A DNA stretch of 64,000 nucleotides from Ignavibacteriota bacterium (lineage in GTDB: Bacteria > Bacteroidota > Ignavibacteria > UBA10030), in assembly GCA_003142475.1 (NCBI GenBank), contig PLMK01000013.1, positions 33,130-97,129 of the forward strand. The letters run 5' to 3'. Under the pieces are notes generated by a model, which made no database searches, was not told the origin of the DNA, and saw nothing but the letters and a program-made list of their open reading frames with translations. Below, piece by piece: positions 1 to 10,024 of this stretch (the stretch's first letter is position 1; each line of letters begins with the position of its first letter). Both the position numbers and the translations under genes were made by a program.

Positions 1-72
1 TATAAATTTGAAAATAGCATTACGGCAATCACTAACTGTTATCTGCATGCTGCAACTTATTATCTACAATTT

Positions 73-819
73 CTAATCACTAACTATCCGCCGTGCTATC
101 TCATATCGTTTGGCATAATATGAACTCTGCAATGAAGAAATCGTTACGCCGAAGGAGACGCTTGCGTGCGCAAAGAGATCGTCTCCCAAATAAATACCAA
201 CATGGGATGCGCTCTCCCCTGTGGTGTTAAAAAAAATCAAATCACCAAATTTCAGTTCGCTCAAAGCAACCGCTTTACCGAGTTTCGATTGTTCCGTGCT
301 TGAGCGTGGGAGTAGTTTTCCGATAGCATTCTTGTATACCGTCATCGTATAGCCCGAGCAATCCATTCCATCTGTTCCGGCACCGCCAAGAACATACGGT
401 ACACCCATATATTTTGAAATCTCACGCATCATTTTACTCTGATCGAGCGGTTTCAGTGCTTCGTTTTTTTCTTTCCGAAAATCACGCGTACCGCTTGTTA
501 CGCGTTCTACTTCTTTTGCATCCGGCTTTTTATCGTTCTCCTTCGTTTCTTCTTCTGCTTCCTTTGATGCAAAGCGCGGACCATGATTCGATGCCGTTTC
601 TGTATGTGACGATTTTTTCTCTCTACTGCCAAATCGCGGGGATGATGCACCACACCCTTCAAGCATAAAGAACGCGATGACAGTTCCCATCACTAAAAAT
701 ATTGAATGCTTGCAAACGATTTGGGAAATGCTCTCTTTATGACGAAGCCCCGCACACGCGGGGCTTGCAATGAGTTTTAACCAAAATCTCGTTCGTGTGC
801 CAATAAGTTTTTCGTTCAT
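73..819 (-). CDS. NlpC/P60 (C40) family peptidoglycan endopeptidase, probable lipoprotein
   Basis: The C-terminal half carries the NlpC/P60 core (catalytic Cys in '[12 protein letters not shown]', His in 'ASHVGIYLG'). A hydrophobic stretch ending 'FFMLEGC' looks like a lipobox. There is a 4-nt ATGA overlap with the rpoD stop (816-819). The true start may be the internal ATG at 690 (see finding). Confidence 0.8.
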   Translation of the reverse strand: MNEKLIGTRTRFWLKLIASPACAGLRHKESISQIVCKHSIFLVMGTVIAFFMLEGCGASSPRFGSREKKSSHTETASNHGPRFASKEAEEETKENDKKPDAKEVERVTSGTRDFRKEKNEALKPLDQSKMMREISKYMGVPYVLGGAGTDGMDCSGYTMTVYKNAIGKLLPRSSTEQSKLGKAVALSELKFGDLIFFNTTGESASHVGIYLGDDLFAHASVSFGVTISSLQSSYYAKRYEIARRIVSD

Positions 820-1673
820 CCAAGATATGCACGCAATGCTTTGCTTCGCGATGCATGCCTCAAACGGCGAATTGCTTTTTCCTTAATCTGCCGAACTCGC
901 TCGCGAGTCAAATTAAATTTCTCTCCGATTTCTTCAAGTGTGAGAGAATGTTCAGAATCGAGACCAAAATAAAGTTTGATCACTTGCGCTTCACGTTCAC
1001 TCAGTGTTGCCAACGCACGCTTCACTTCATTCTTCAATGATTCTTCTAAAAGACCAGAATCTGGAGTCGGCTGTCGATTATCCTGAATAACATCGAGTAA
1101 ACGATTATCTTCGCCTTGTGCAAATGGTGCATCCATCGACAAATGTCTGCCGGAAATCTTAAGTGTGTCGGAGACTTCAAAGAGCGACATATCTAACTCT
1201 TCCGCCAATTCACTTGCACTCGGCTCGCGTTCAAATTCTTGTTCCAATGTACTGAATGCCTTGCCAATTTTGTTCAATGCACCAACACGATTAAGCGGTA
1301 AACGCACAATACGCGATTGTTCCGCCAACGCCTGAAGAATTGATTGACGAATCCACCATACTGCGTACGAGATAAATTTGAATCCGCGTGTTTCATCAAA
1401 ACGTTTTGCGGCTTTTATGAGACCAAGATTGCCTTCGTTAATCAAGTCACCGAGGGACAATCCTTGGTTCTGGTACTGCTTTGCTACGCTGACGACAAAG
1501 CGCAGATTTGCCTTTGTTAATTTCTCTAATGCTTTTTGGTCGCCTTTTTTAATACGCTGTGCAAGATCAATTTCTTCCTGCGGTACCAATAATTCGACCT
1601 TGCCAATTTCTTGAAGATATTTATCTAATGATTGGCTTTCACGATTTGTGTACTGTTTGCTTATTTTCACCAT
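816..1673 (-). CDS. rpoD: RNA polymerase primary sigma factor (sigma-70 family, short FCB-type)
   Basis: This 285-aa protein has region 2 ('[13 protein letters not shown]'), region 3 and a region 4.2 HTH ('[29 protein letters not shown]'). Confidence 0.95.
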   Translation of the reverse strand: MVKISKQYTNRESQSLDKYLQEIGKVELLVPQEEIDLAQRIKKGDQKALEKLTKANLRFVVSVAKQYQNQGLSLGDLINEGNLGLIKAAKRFDETRGFKFISYAVWWIRQSILQALAEQSRIVRLPLNRVGALNKIGKAFSTLEQEFEREPSASELAEELDMSLFEVSDTLKISGRHLSMDAPFAQGEDNRLLDVIQDNRQPTPDSGLLEESLKNEVKRALATLSEREAQVIKLYFGLDSEHSLTLEEIGEKFNLTRERVRQIKEKAIRRLRHASRSKALRAYLG

Positions 1674-1971
1674 TGACTCTTTTTGCCTAAATTTAACTTT
1701 TGTTCCCCGCAGGATTGCTGCGGGTTTTCCAGTAATACTTACCTACTTCATTAACACTCAAAGAAGGATGGAAAGTTCACGATCTTCTCGCAAATTACTT
1801 AGATATATCTAACTTTTCAACCACTACCACTGTGACGGTGTCCACAGGTTTTTTAAAATGCTGTTTGGCGTATTACTAAAATCGTGCCAATTTCTTCTCT
1901 GAGAATTAAGATTCACCTGTTTATTAGACTCCGCAAACGATAAATTGTTTCGTCTACGGCAGTATCTTGAC

Positions 1972-3162
1972 TTATATAATGTCTGCCAGGAAGCTTTGAC
2001 CAGAAAGTGATTGAATATTTACGGCGTCAAAAAAGTCTGCCACAGTTTTACCAATATCAGCAAACGAACTGCGTACACCGAGATTTATATTCTTCTTGCC
2101 GGACTTTGTATAACACAGCAACGGGACATATTCTCGCGTATGATCCGTACTCTGATCTGTCGGATCGTTGCCATGATCGGCAGTCAACATTAATATATCA
2201 TTGTCACCGATGCACTTTTCGATTTCCGGAAGCTTCACATCAAACTCTTCAAGTGCTTTGGCATATCCTTTCGCATCTTGGCGATGACCGAAGAGCATAT
2301 CGAAATCAACTAAGTTAGCCATCAAAAATCCGGACTGCATTGATTTTCCAGCTTTAATAATTTCTTCGATGCCTTCTGCGTTAGATTTGATGTGAATCTT
2401 TTCCTGCAATCCACGCCCGCTAAACAAGTCATCAATCTTACCGATGCCAATTGTTGATACACCACTCGCTTGTAAAACATCCAACACGGTTTCTGCTGGA
2501 GGTTCAACCGCATAATCTCGTCGATATGGTGTGCGTATGTAGCTGCCAGACACTCCAATGAATGGACGCGCAATGACACGGCCCACACGATGCTCACCAA
2601 TCATAACTAATGAACGTGTTTTCTGACAAATCTCATACAGACGTTCAAGCGGAATCACATCCTGATGTGCAGCAATTTGGAATACAGAATCACCGGAAGT
2701 ATATACAATTGGGAAACCAGTCCGCAAATGCTCATCGCCCAACTCTTTGATGATCTCTGTGCCAGATGCCGGCTTGTTGCCTAAATATCCATTGCACTCC
2801 ACGACACTAAGAAACTTATCAAGCAACTTTCTCGGAAAGCCATTTGGATATAAGGGGAAAGCTTGTTGAGTTATAATTCCAGCGATTTCCCAATGTCCAG
2901 TTGTACTGTCTTTGCCTTTCGATGCTTCCGCCATTTTACCGAAGCAACCAATTGCATTCTTGTTTCTTGAAACACCGTTTATTTCTGTAATGTTTCCAAG
3001 TCCAAGCGCTGCAAGATTTGGTAATCGCAGACCGCCAGCTTTCTGAGCAACGTGCGAAATCGTATTCGTTCCTTTGTCCCCATAAACTCCGGCATCGGGC
3101 AATTCACCAACGCCGACGCTATCAAGGACGATGAGTATGAGTTTCGTGTGCTTCAACCTCAT
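1972..3162 (-). CDS. deoB: phosphopentomutase
   Basis: 396 aa. It has the N-terminal 'LIVLDSVGVGELPDA' and the C-terminal metal site 'LTADHGNDPT', both typical of DeoB. Confidence 0.95.
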   Translation of the reverse strand: MRLKHTKLILIVLDSVGVGELPDAGVYGDKGTNTISHVAQKAGGLRLPNLAALGLGNITEINGVSRNKNAIGCFGKMAEASKGKDSTTGHWEIAGIITQQAFPLYPNGFPRKLLDKFLSVVECNGYLGNKPASGTEIIKELGDEHLRTGFPIVYTSGDSVFQIAAHQDVIPLERLYEICQKTRSLVMIGEHRVGRVIARPFIGVSGSYIRTPYRRDYAVEPPAETVLDVLQASGVSTIGIGKIDDLFSGRGLQEKIHIKSNAEGIEEIIKAGKSMQSGFLMANLVDFDMLFGHRQDAKGYAKALEEFDVKLPEIEKCIGDNDILMLTADHGNDPTDQSTDHTREYVPLLCYTKSGKKNINLGVRSSFADIGKTVADFFDAVNIQSLSGQSFLADII

Positions 3163-3198
3163 CCAAAATTTTCTGTGTGAGGATTGCGCATTGAACTG

Positions 3199-3393
3199 TT
3201 ATCCTAAAAATTCCTTCTCGTTGCACTTACAGATCTGCACCCGCTGTCGGTTGAATTTATAGGATCCATGCGCTGAACGCACCGATTGCACATAAAGTGT
3301 TGCTGTTTTGGTAGTGCCGCACTTTGGGCACTTCACACCTTTTTCCTGTGCAGCTTTTCTTGCTTTTTCTGCAAAGTCAGTTTGTTTCGCCAT
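3199..3393 (-). CDS. small basic zinc-ribbon-like protein, function unknown
   Basis: This 64-aa ORF has Cys pairs 'CPKCG' and 'CKC'. It is on the same strand as, and tightly packed between, deoB and the GGDEF gene. Confidence 0.5.
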   Translation of the reverse strand: MAKQTDFAEKARKAAQEKGVKCPKCGTTKTATLYVQSVRSAHGSYKFNRQRVQICKCNEKEFLG

Positions 3394-3428
3394 TTACATC
3401 TCCAAAAATAGAATTACTGATTTGTTGT

Positions 3429-5411
3429 TTAATATACTCTTACAATATTGCCACCTGCGTCGATGGCTTTTCGAAGAACACGGTCTGTATTCTCCAGCAA
3501 ATCAACATCAGAAGCTTCTTCTAGCGCACCGGAGACACCAACGCTGATTGTGATTGAAAAGCTCTTATTCTCGATATTGAGGATATTGCTGGCAACATTC
3601 TTGCGAATTTTTTCCGCCCATAGCGATGCCTCATTCGATGTTGTGTGAACGAGAAGGACTACAAAACAATTGAAGTCAAATCTGCCAACAACATCGTATG
3701 GACGGATCGAAACTTTTACCATTCGGCTCACATTTTGCAGAATGAAATCAAATGCATCCTTTCCGTACCGTGCAATATGCTCATCCATCCGGTCGATGGA
3801 AATCATCACCAGCGATACTTCATATGAGAAATCATTAGCACGCTGTACTTCCTCTTGTAAACGCCCCATAAAACTCTTACGTGTTGCTACTCCTGTAGTT
3901 TCATCAAGGGAGACGTAATTATTCATAACATCTGTTAAACTGAGAATTTCAAGAGCCCAAGATGAGGTCTCAGTGAGCTTTTGGATGAGCTTCACGTCCG
4001 CATCGGAATAAGTTTTCGGATCTTTGCTTTCGACAACCAAAGCACCATAACACCGACTCAACGAATTAAGCGGTACAATCATCAATGCGCCTTTCGAGTC
4101 ACATCGTTCCGATTGATAGAACCGCGGCATCGATACCGTTGAAATGTCGTCTATGATTTTCGGAATCCCTTCTTGTATCACGCTGGCGACAAGACTCTGT
4201 TGGGCATCAAGCTCACACATGAGCGCAACATACGGATCATTCATGCGGTTCATAAGATAATGGACGACCCACGATTTCCGGCTATCATCAAATAAAACCA
4301 CAGCAACATAATCCCACGGAATAATTTTAGACACTTCTTCAGCAAGCGACCGCGTAATTGAATGAGCGTCAAATTCCATGCTCAATTGTTCACGTACACG
4401 ACTAATTGACCTCAAAACTTCAGAATCCAATAATAAATCATATTTTGAAGTATAGCTGCGTGTAAACGTGGAAATCAACTTCGCTATTTGAGCTAGCGAA
4501 GTAATCGTTTCGTTGCCATAGGCATCAGATTCTAAACAATCTAATACAAGAACCGCAACGGGATATTGTGATGCACCACTAAAAAATATTGGAATGCCGA
4601 CAAATGTTTTAACTGCTTCGATTGTTTCATAATACGGCAGAATATCACTCTGCCCCAGGGCATTTACATAGTTGACGATCTGTGGCTTTCCATTGACAGC
4701 GATTTGGCTCACTAAATCAGAACCGATAGGCAGTCGTCTATGCTTCATGAATTGCCCGCTGTCAGAGATGTGGCTTTCAAGCACCAACTGCTGTTTTTCT
4801 CTATTCACCCAGAACAGAGCGACAGTGTGTGCAAAATGTATATCCTTCACAACGCTTAATACTCGATGGATCAGTGCATTGAATTCTGCGCGGGGTCCAT
4901 CCTCGGTTTGTCCACCATTATCCGGGGCATCGATGAACTCGTTCAAATCAAACACTATTGTTGTTGATTTTTCTGGTTCTGAAGCTTTATTTTCCGTAGC
5001 CATACCGTCTCTTTTAAGGAGTATTGGTTGGGGAGATTCCGGTTCATCGACAAAATCAATTTTGTATTGTTTACCGGATGCTTGATAATCATCAAAAACG
5101 AGTTTCTTCATTTGATTGTCATGCTCCTCTTCTGCTATGAGAGAATCACGCCTTTCCTCCGCTTGTGCAGAAAGTCCTATACGTTTTTTTGTTCTCACAA
5201 TCATATACGCAACAGATGCTCCGAAAAGCAAAAAGAGCATTATCTTCACGAACACGAATGAAAGAGCAAGTCCCCCTAAAAATGAAACGACGCCCACCAC
5301 CACAATCAATTCTTCCGCAAACGTTAAGGAATGCAGTAAGGAAAAAATTGAGTCGAACCTTCGGGCGTCAGTCATTTCATTGATTATAGAACGTTTTATA
5401 GTTGCCCACAA
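3429..5411 (-). CDS. membrane-anchored GAF-like / GGDEF-domain protein (degenerate A-site, intact I-site)
   Basis: Two N-terminal hydrophobic helices are followed by a central region with GAF-like character. The C-terminal GGDEF-fold domain reads '...IRPYDVVGRFDFNCFVVLL...', so the GG(D/E)EF position is DFNCF while an RxxD motif (RPYD) sits at the canonical I-site distance. Confidence 0.85.
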   Translation of the reverse strand: MWATIKRSIINEMTDARRFDSIFSLLHSLTFAEELIVVVGVVSFLGGLALSFVFVKIMLFLLFGASVAYMIVRTKKRIGLSAQAEERRDSLIAEEEHDNQMKKLVFDDYQASGKQYKIDFVDEPESPQPILLKRDGMATENKASEPEKSTTIVFDLNEFIDAPDNGGQTEDGPRAEFNALIHRVLSVVKDIHFAHTVALFWVNREKQQLVLESHISDSGQFMKHRRLPIGSDLVSQIAVNGKPQIVNYVNALGQSDILPYYETIEAVKTFVGIPIFFSGASQYPVAVLVLDCLESDAYGNETITSLAQIAKLISTFTRSYTSKYDLLLDSEVLRSISRVREQLSMEFDAHSITRSLAEEVSKIIPWDYVAVVLFDDSRKSWVVHYLMNRMNDPYVALMCELDAQQSLVASVIQEGIPKIIDDISTVSMPRFYQSERCDSKGALMIVPLNSLSRCYGALVVESKDPKTYSDADVKLIQKLTETSSWALEILSLTDVMNNYVSLDETTGVATRKSFMGRLQEEVQRANDFSYEVSLVMISIDRMDEHIARYGKDAFDFILQNVSRMVKVSIRPYDVVGRFDFNCFVVLLVHTTSNEASLWAEKIRKNVASNILNIENKSFSITISVGVSGALEEASDVDLLENTDRVLRKAIDAGGNIVRVY

Positions 5412-5595
5412 ATTACATTAAATTTACCTGTTTTGTGCCGGAAAGTCAATTAATCATATCGATATTAATCATTTTCATATTTCATCGCGAAAAGAACCTT
5501 TGGTCTTGAGTTTAAAATTGCCTATGCTTGCAGCAGTATCTTTTTTTATATAACTTTTTATAATTAAATTATCTCTCCAAGAATTGAAAGCTCTC

Positions 5596-8112
5596 ATGAA
5601 AGCAGTCATCATGGCTGGTGGGTTTGGTACGCGATTGCGACCACTCACGAGCGGCATTCCCAAACCGATGGTTCCAATGGTCAATAAACCTATTATGGAA
5701 CACATCGTCGAATTACTAAAAAAACATGGTATTGTAGATATTGTTTCCACACTCTTCTATCAACCGGATGCTATTACTGGCTATTTCGGTGATGGCAATG
5801 TCTTTGGTATAAAGATGCAATATCGGAAGGCAGAAGCCGATTACGGGACAGCAGGCAGTGTCCGCAATGCAAAAGACTTCTTGAATGAGAGATTTTTAGT
5901 TATCAGCGGAGATGTTCTTACCGATTTCGACTTAACTGCAGCGATTCGCTTCCACGAAGAAAAAAAAGCGAAAGCCACAATGCTGCTGACCCGTGTTACT
6001 AATCCTCTTCAATACGGAGTTGTTTTAACAAAGGCAGATGGAAAAATTACGCGGTTTCTTGAAAAACCATCGTGGGGTGAAGTATTCAGCGATACTATCA
6101 ACACTGGAATTTACATTCTTGAACCAGAGGTGCTGGATCTGGTACCGGAAAAAAAAGAATTTGATTTCGGAAAGAATCTTTTCCCTCTTCTTTTGGAGCG
6201 TGATCTTGGTTTGTACGGCTACATTGCCCAAGGATATTGGAAAGACATTGGAAGTTTGAATGATTATCAAGATGCTCACATGGATGCAATGCGAGGCGAC
6301 GTGAAACTTCAGATTGAAGGAGTAAAAAAAGGAAATCTATTCGTTGGAGAAGGTACAACGATTGAGGCAGAACCTCGCAATCTTACAGGAACAAGCGTTG
6401 TTGGGAAAAACTGCCATATCCATAACGGCGCAGTCATCAGTAATTCTATCATTGGCGACAACTGTGAAATCCTCCCCGGTGTCGCTATCCGAAATTCCGT
6501 CATTTGGAGGAATTCTAAAATTGGGACTCGCTCTGAACTAACACTCGATGTCGTTGGAAACAATTGCGTTATCAATGACGACGTAGTAATTCTCGAAAAT
6601 GTTTTCATCGGTGATTCGTGTACAGTAGGCAAACGGAGCAAGCTCCTATCCAATATTAAAATTTGGCCCGAAAAGAATATTGAAGACGGCTCCATAGTAA
6701 CGCGAAGTCTAGTATGGGAAGATCGATGGCTGCGCGAATTATTTACCGATGCACGCATCAGTGGCATTTCCAATATCGAAATCAGTCCGGAGTTTGGCGC
6801 CAAATTAGGAGCAGCGTTCGGCGCTTTTGTTGGTTCAGGTTCGACGGTTGTTACCAGTCGCGATGCCGATAACGTTTCCCGTATGATAAACCGCGCAATT
6901 ATGTCCGGAATTATGTCCGCTGGCGTCCATTGCATAGATTTACGCACAACCTCAATTCCCATAGTCCGGCACGAATTGCGCACAGGAAAAGAACGCGGCG
7001 GTATTCACGTCCGCAAATCTCCATTCGATAGAAGCAGCACGGACATTATTTTCTTTGATGCACAAGGCAAAGATCTGCCATCGAGTAAAACAAAATCAAT
7101 AGAACGTCTTTTCTTCGGCGAAGATTTCAGCCGAGCACACCACGATCAAGTCGGATCTATCTCATTCCCTGAACGTACGACAGAAAGTTACATCCAGCGA
7201 TTTTTAGAAACGCTGGACACTCAGGCAATACGTTCTTCAAAACTTAAAATGGTGATCGACTACTCCAATGGAATCGCCTCCACAATCTTCCCAAACATCC
7301 TTGGGAATTTAGACGTGCAGGTCGTAGCGCTAAACGCCTATCTAGACAGCCGCAAAAACACGCGGACGAAAGAAGAATTCGATGCATCACTTCAGCAACT
7401 TGCATACGTGGTCACTTCGTTAAAATATGATATTGGTTGTATGTTGGATGCCGGCGCAGAAAAAATATTTATTATCGATGAGCATGGTTCCATTATCGAT
7501 AGTGACCGCTTGCTGACACTGATGTTGAAATTTGTCGCACTTGCCGATAAAAACGTGACTAAATTCGCAGTACCGATTTCCGCAAGCGGCGAAGTTGATA
7601 TCATTGCAACAGAATTCAATTTGCAGGTTATTAAAACCCGGGACAGTCACCTCGCATTGATGGATGCTGCAACTGACAAACAAAGCAAGTTTGTGGGAGG
7701 CACAAAAGGCGGATTCATTTTCAACGATTTTCTATTTGCTTCCGATGCAATGTACTCAATTGCAAAGCTGCTTGAATGCATCGCTAGGACGAAAAAGCGA
7801 ATCGGTGAACTCGATAACGAAACCCCACGGCTCCATTTCGTCAAGAAAAATATATCATGCCCATGGCATGTGAAGGGGCGAATTATGCGAAAACTGACAG
7901 AGGAATCCGAAGGAATTCCCCGCGACTTGATAGAAGGAATAAAGCTGTATCCCGCTGACATTGGCGGGCATACGTCAATACTTTTAAATCCTGATCGCGC
8001 ACGACCTGTATTCCACATTAACGCAGAATCTGTCGATGTTGCTGTAGCACAACGACTTGCTAATGAATACGAATCAAAAATAAAAAAATGGATTGACGGA
8101 GTGCATCAATAG
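5596..8112 (+). CDS. sugar-phosphate nucleotidyltransferase fused to left-handed beta-helix and phosphohexomutase-like domains
   Basis: The N-terminus 'MKAVIMAGGFGTRLRPLT' is the NTP-transferase signature. Hexapeptide repeats occupy the middle and the C-terminal ~450 aa are PGM/PMM-like. The ORF track begins at TTG 5584; the ATG at 5596 is preferred. Confidence 0.85.
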   Translation: MKAVIMAGGFGTRLRPLTSGIPKPMVPMVNKPIMEHIVELLKKHGIVDIVSTLFYQPDAITGYFGDGNVFGIKMQYRKAEADYGTAGSVRNAKDFLNERFLVISGDVLTDFDLTAAIRFHEEKKAKATMLLTRVTNPLQYGVVLTKADGKITRFLEKPSWGEVFSDTINTGIYILEPEVLDLVPEKKEFDFGKNLFPLLLERDLGLYGYIAQGYWKDIGSLNDYQDAHMDAMRGDVKLQIEGVKKGNLFVGEGTTIEAEPRNLTGTSVVGKNCHIHNGAVISNSIIGDNCEILPGVAIRNSVIWRNSKIGTRSELTLDVVGNNCVINDDVVILENVFIGDSCTVGKRSKLLSNIKIWPEKNIEDGSIVTRSLVWEDRWLRELFTDARISGISNIEISPEFGAKLGAAFGAFVGSGSTVVTSRDADNVSRMINRAIMSGIMSAGVHCIDLRTTSIPIVRHELRTGKERGGIHVRKSPFDRSSTDIIFFDAQGKDLPSSKTKSIERLFFGEDFSRAHHDQVGSISFPERTTESYIQRFLETLDTQAIRSSKLKMVIDYSNGIASTIFPNILGNLDVQVVALNAYLDSRKNTRTKEEFDASLQQLAYVVTSLKYDIGCMLDAGAEKIFIIDEHGSIIDSDRLLTLMLKFVALADKNVTKFAVPISASGEVDIIATEFNLQVIKTRDSHLALMDAATDKQSKFVGGTKGGFIFNDFLFASDAMYSIAKLLECIARTKKRIGELDNETPRLHFVKKNISCPWHVKGRIMRKLTEESEGIPRDLIEGIKLYPADIGGHTSILLNPDRARPVFHINAESVDVAVAQRLANEYESKIKKWIDGVHQ

Positions 8113-8224
8113 GAATTGTAAATTCATTTGTATTTTGAAAGAAATTCTGCAATCTTTGATATGAAAGCAGCTTGGAGGCGGAAATCAACACTTCCTACGC
8201 GGCTCTGCCAATTTGGAGACATGA

Positions 8225-8695
8225 ATGAAGATCACTGATATTTTAAATGAATCGGTCGTGCGAACCAATCTTCCAGGTGCCACAAAAGAAGAAGTCATCG
8301 ATGCGATGATTGAACTTGCTGGCACTCAAAAGCAGGTTATCGACAAAGAGCGCATGCGTACGGCAATTCTTGAACGAGAAAAAATTATGTCTACCGGCGT
8401 TGGATCTGGATTTGCAATACCGCATGGTAAAACGGATGCCGTCAATGATATTGTTGCAGCATTCGCAGTTACTGCACAACCCATCGATTATCAATCGCTT
8501 GACGATCAGCCGGTACGGCTGGTGTTTCTTCTCGTGGGCCGTGACAATATGGTTGGTCCGCACATCAAGCTCCTTAGCCGCATCTCGCGTCTTATGAATA
8601 AAGAAGATTTCCGAAAGCGTCTCCTCGAGGCGGAAACGTCAAAAGATATTCTTGAAATTTTTCGCCAGGAAGAGGCGGCTATTTCCGAAGGATAA
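8225..8695 (+). CDS. ptsN: PTS EIIA type-2 family protein (nitrogen-regulatory IIA-Ntr-like)
   Basis: 156 aa with the phosphorylatable His in 'GFAIPHGKT'. There are no linked EIIB/EIIC genes. Confidence 0.8.
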   Translation: MKITDILNESVVRTNLPGATKEEVIDAMIELAGTQKQVIDKERMRTAILEREKIMSTGVGSGFAIPHGKTDAVNDIVAAFAVTAQPIDYQSLDDQPVRLVFLLVGRDNMVGPHIKLLSRISRLMNKEDFRKRLLEAETSKDILEIFRQEEAAISEG

Positions 8696-8774
8696 ACTCG
8701 TCAACTGTGTTTCCACGCTTTATACCGATGTCCTACTCATCGACTTACGTTGAAATAGCAAGAAGGACTGTGTT

Positions 8775-10022
8775 GTGAAATTTCGTACAATTAAAGGCAC
8801 TAAAGATATTCTCCCGGAAGAAACCGCCGGCTGGCAAAACGTGGAATCTGTTATCCGCCGCGTGATGCGTAACTTCAATTATCAGGAAATCCGCACGCCT
8901 ACTTTTGAACAAACTGGACTTTTTGCCCGTAGCATTGGTGAATTGACAGATATTGTGAGCAAAGAAATGTACACATTTCTTGATCGTAGTGAGGAAAGCA
9001 TTACACTCCGTCCAGAGGGAACAGCTGCTACACTTCGCGCATACATTCAAAATAATCTCGGGGAACAGTCACCGCTTACAAAAGTATATTACATCGGGCC
9101 AATGTTTCGGCAGGAACGCCCGCAAGCAGGGCGATTACGGCAATTTCACCAGTTCGGAGCGGAAGCACTCGGTGCGTCATCACCGCAGCTTGATGTAGAG
9201 ATGATGGTACTGCCGCTTGAAATCTACAAACAGCTTGGTATCGATCACTTTTCGCTGAAAATTAATTCGGTCGGATGTGAAAAGTGCCGGCCTGCGTATA
9301 AACAACTTCTGCAAACAGAATTACGAAAAATATTTACGCAGCTTTCCCATGACAGTCAGGTACGTGTAGAACAGAATCCGCTCCGTGTGCTCGATTCCAA
9401 GGACAAGAAAGACCGAGAGTTGACTGCCGGCATGCCGCTGATGAATGAACATTTGTGCGAGGAATGTACGGTGCATTTTGCATCAGTCCGTTCACTTCTC
9501 GATGCACTCAACATTCCTTATGAAGTTGATGGACGATTAGTCCGCGGATTAGATTATTATACCAAAACGGCCTTTGAAATCACGAGCACTGCACTTGGTT
9601 CGCAAGATGCGCTCGCTGGCGGCGGCAGATACGATTTGTTGGTCGAAGAGCTTGGCGGAAAGCAGACACCGGGCGTCGGGTTCGCTGCCGGTATCGAACG
9701 ACTACTGATTGTACTTTCCAAACTCAACGAGAATAAAATCGCTTCATCCGCTCCTGTTATATTCTTCGTTGGATTAGATGAAACAGCGCGCATTTGGACA
9801 TTTCTAAAAACAAATGAGTTACGTCGACAAGGCACTTGCGCAGAAGTCGATTATCTTGGTAGAAGTGTCAAATCCCAAATGAGGGAAGCGAACCGCCAGC
9901 AGGCACAGTATGTAATCGTGGTCGGAGAACAGGAATTGAAAACAAAAACCGCCAAACTGAAAAACATGCATACAGGCGAAGAGACCGCAGTCTCGCTCGA
10001 AAAGATCGAGATACCTTCTTGA
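8775..10022 (+). CDS. hisS: histidine--tRNA ligase
   Basis: Class II aaRS motif 2 'FRQERPQAGRLRQFHQFGAE' and 'GGGRYD' are present, with a C-terminal anticodon-binding domain. The start codon is GTG. Confidence 0.95.
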   Translation: MKFRTIKGTKDILPEETAGWQNVESVIRRVMRNFNYQEIRTPTFEQTGLFARSIGELTDIVSKEMYTFLDRSEESITLRPEGTAATLRAYIQNNLGEQSPLTKVYYIGPMFRQERPQAGRLRQFHQFGAEALGASSPQLDVEMMVLPLEIYKQLGIDHFSLKINSVGCEKCRPAYKQLLQTELRKIFTQLSHDSQVRVEQNPLRVLDSKDKKDRELTAGMPLMNEHLCEECTVHFASVRSLLDALNIPYEVDGRLVRGLDYYTKTAFEITSTALGSQDALAGGGRYDLLVEELGGKQTPGVGFAAGIERLLIVLSKLNENKIASSAPVIFFVGLDETARIWTFLKTNELRRQGTCAEVDYLGRSVKSQMREANRQQAQYVIVVGEQELKTKTAKLKNMHTGEETAVSLEKIEIPS

Positions 10023-10024
10023 CT

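Noticed and set aside
1705-1728. A hairpin, CCCGCAG-GATTG-CTGCGGG followed by TTTT, lies between deoB and rpoD.
   Set aside because: The U-tract is on the plus strand, but both neighbouring genes are on the minus strand, so it is not a canonical terminator for deoB. It may be a 5'-UTR structure of rpoD, but I have no support beyond the stem.
6309-6983. A 224-aa minus-strand ORF lies inside the 842-aa nucleotidyltransferase gene. Similar long antisense ORFs occur at 46349-47029 (in serA), 47170-47919 (in the DUF1015 gene), 51200-51826 (in deoA), 31803-32228 (in sucC), 30985-31350, 49468-49923 and 10595-11032.
   Set aside because: Each lies fully antisense to a gene with clear family motifs. 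Their translations are low-complexity (Ser/Pro/Arg/Ile-rich) with no recognisable domains. This is the typical shadow-ORF pattern.
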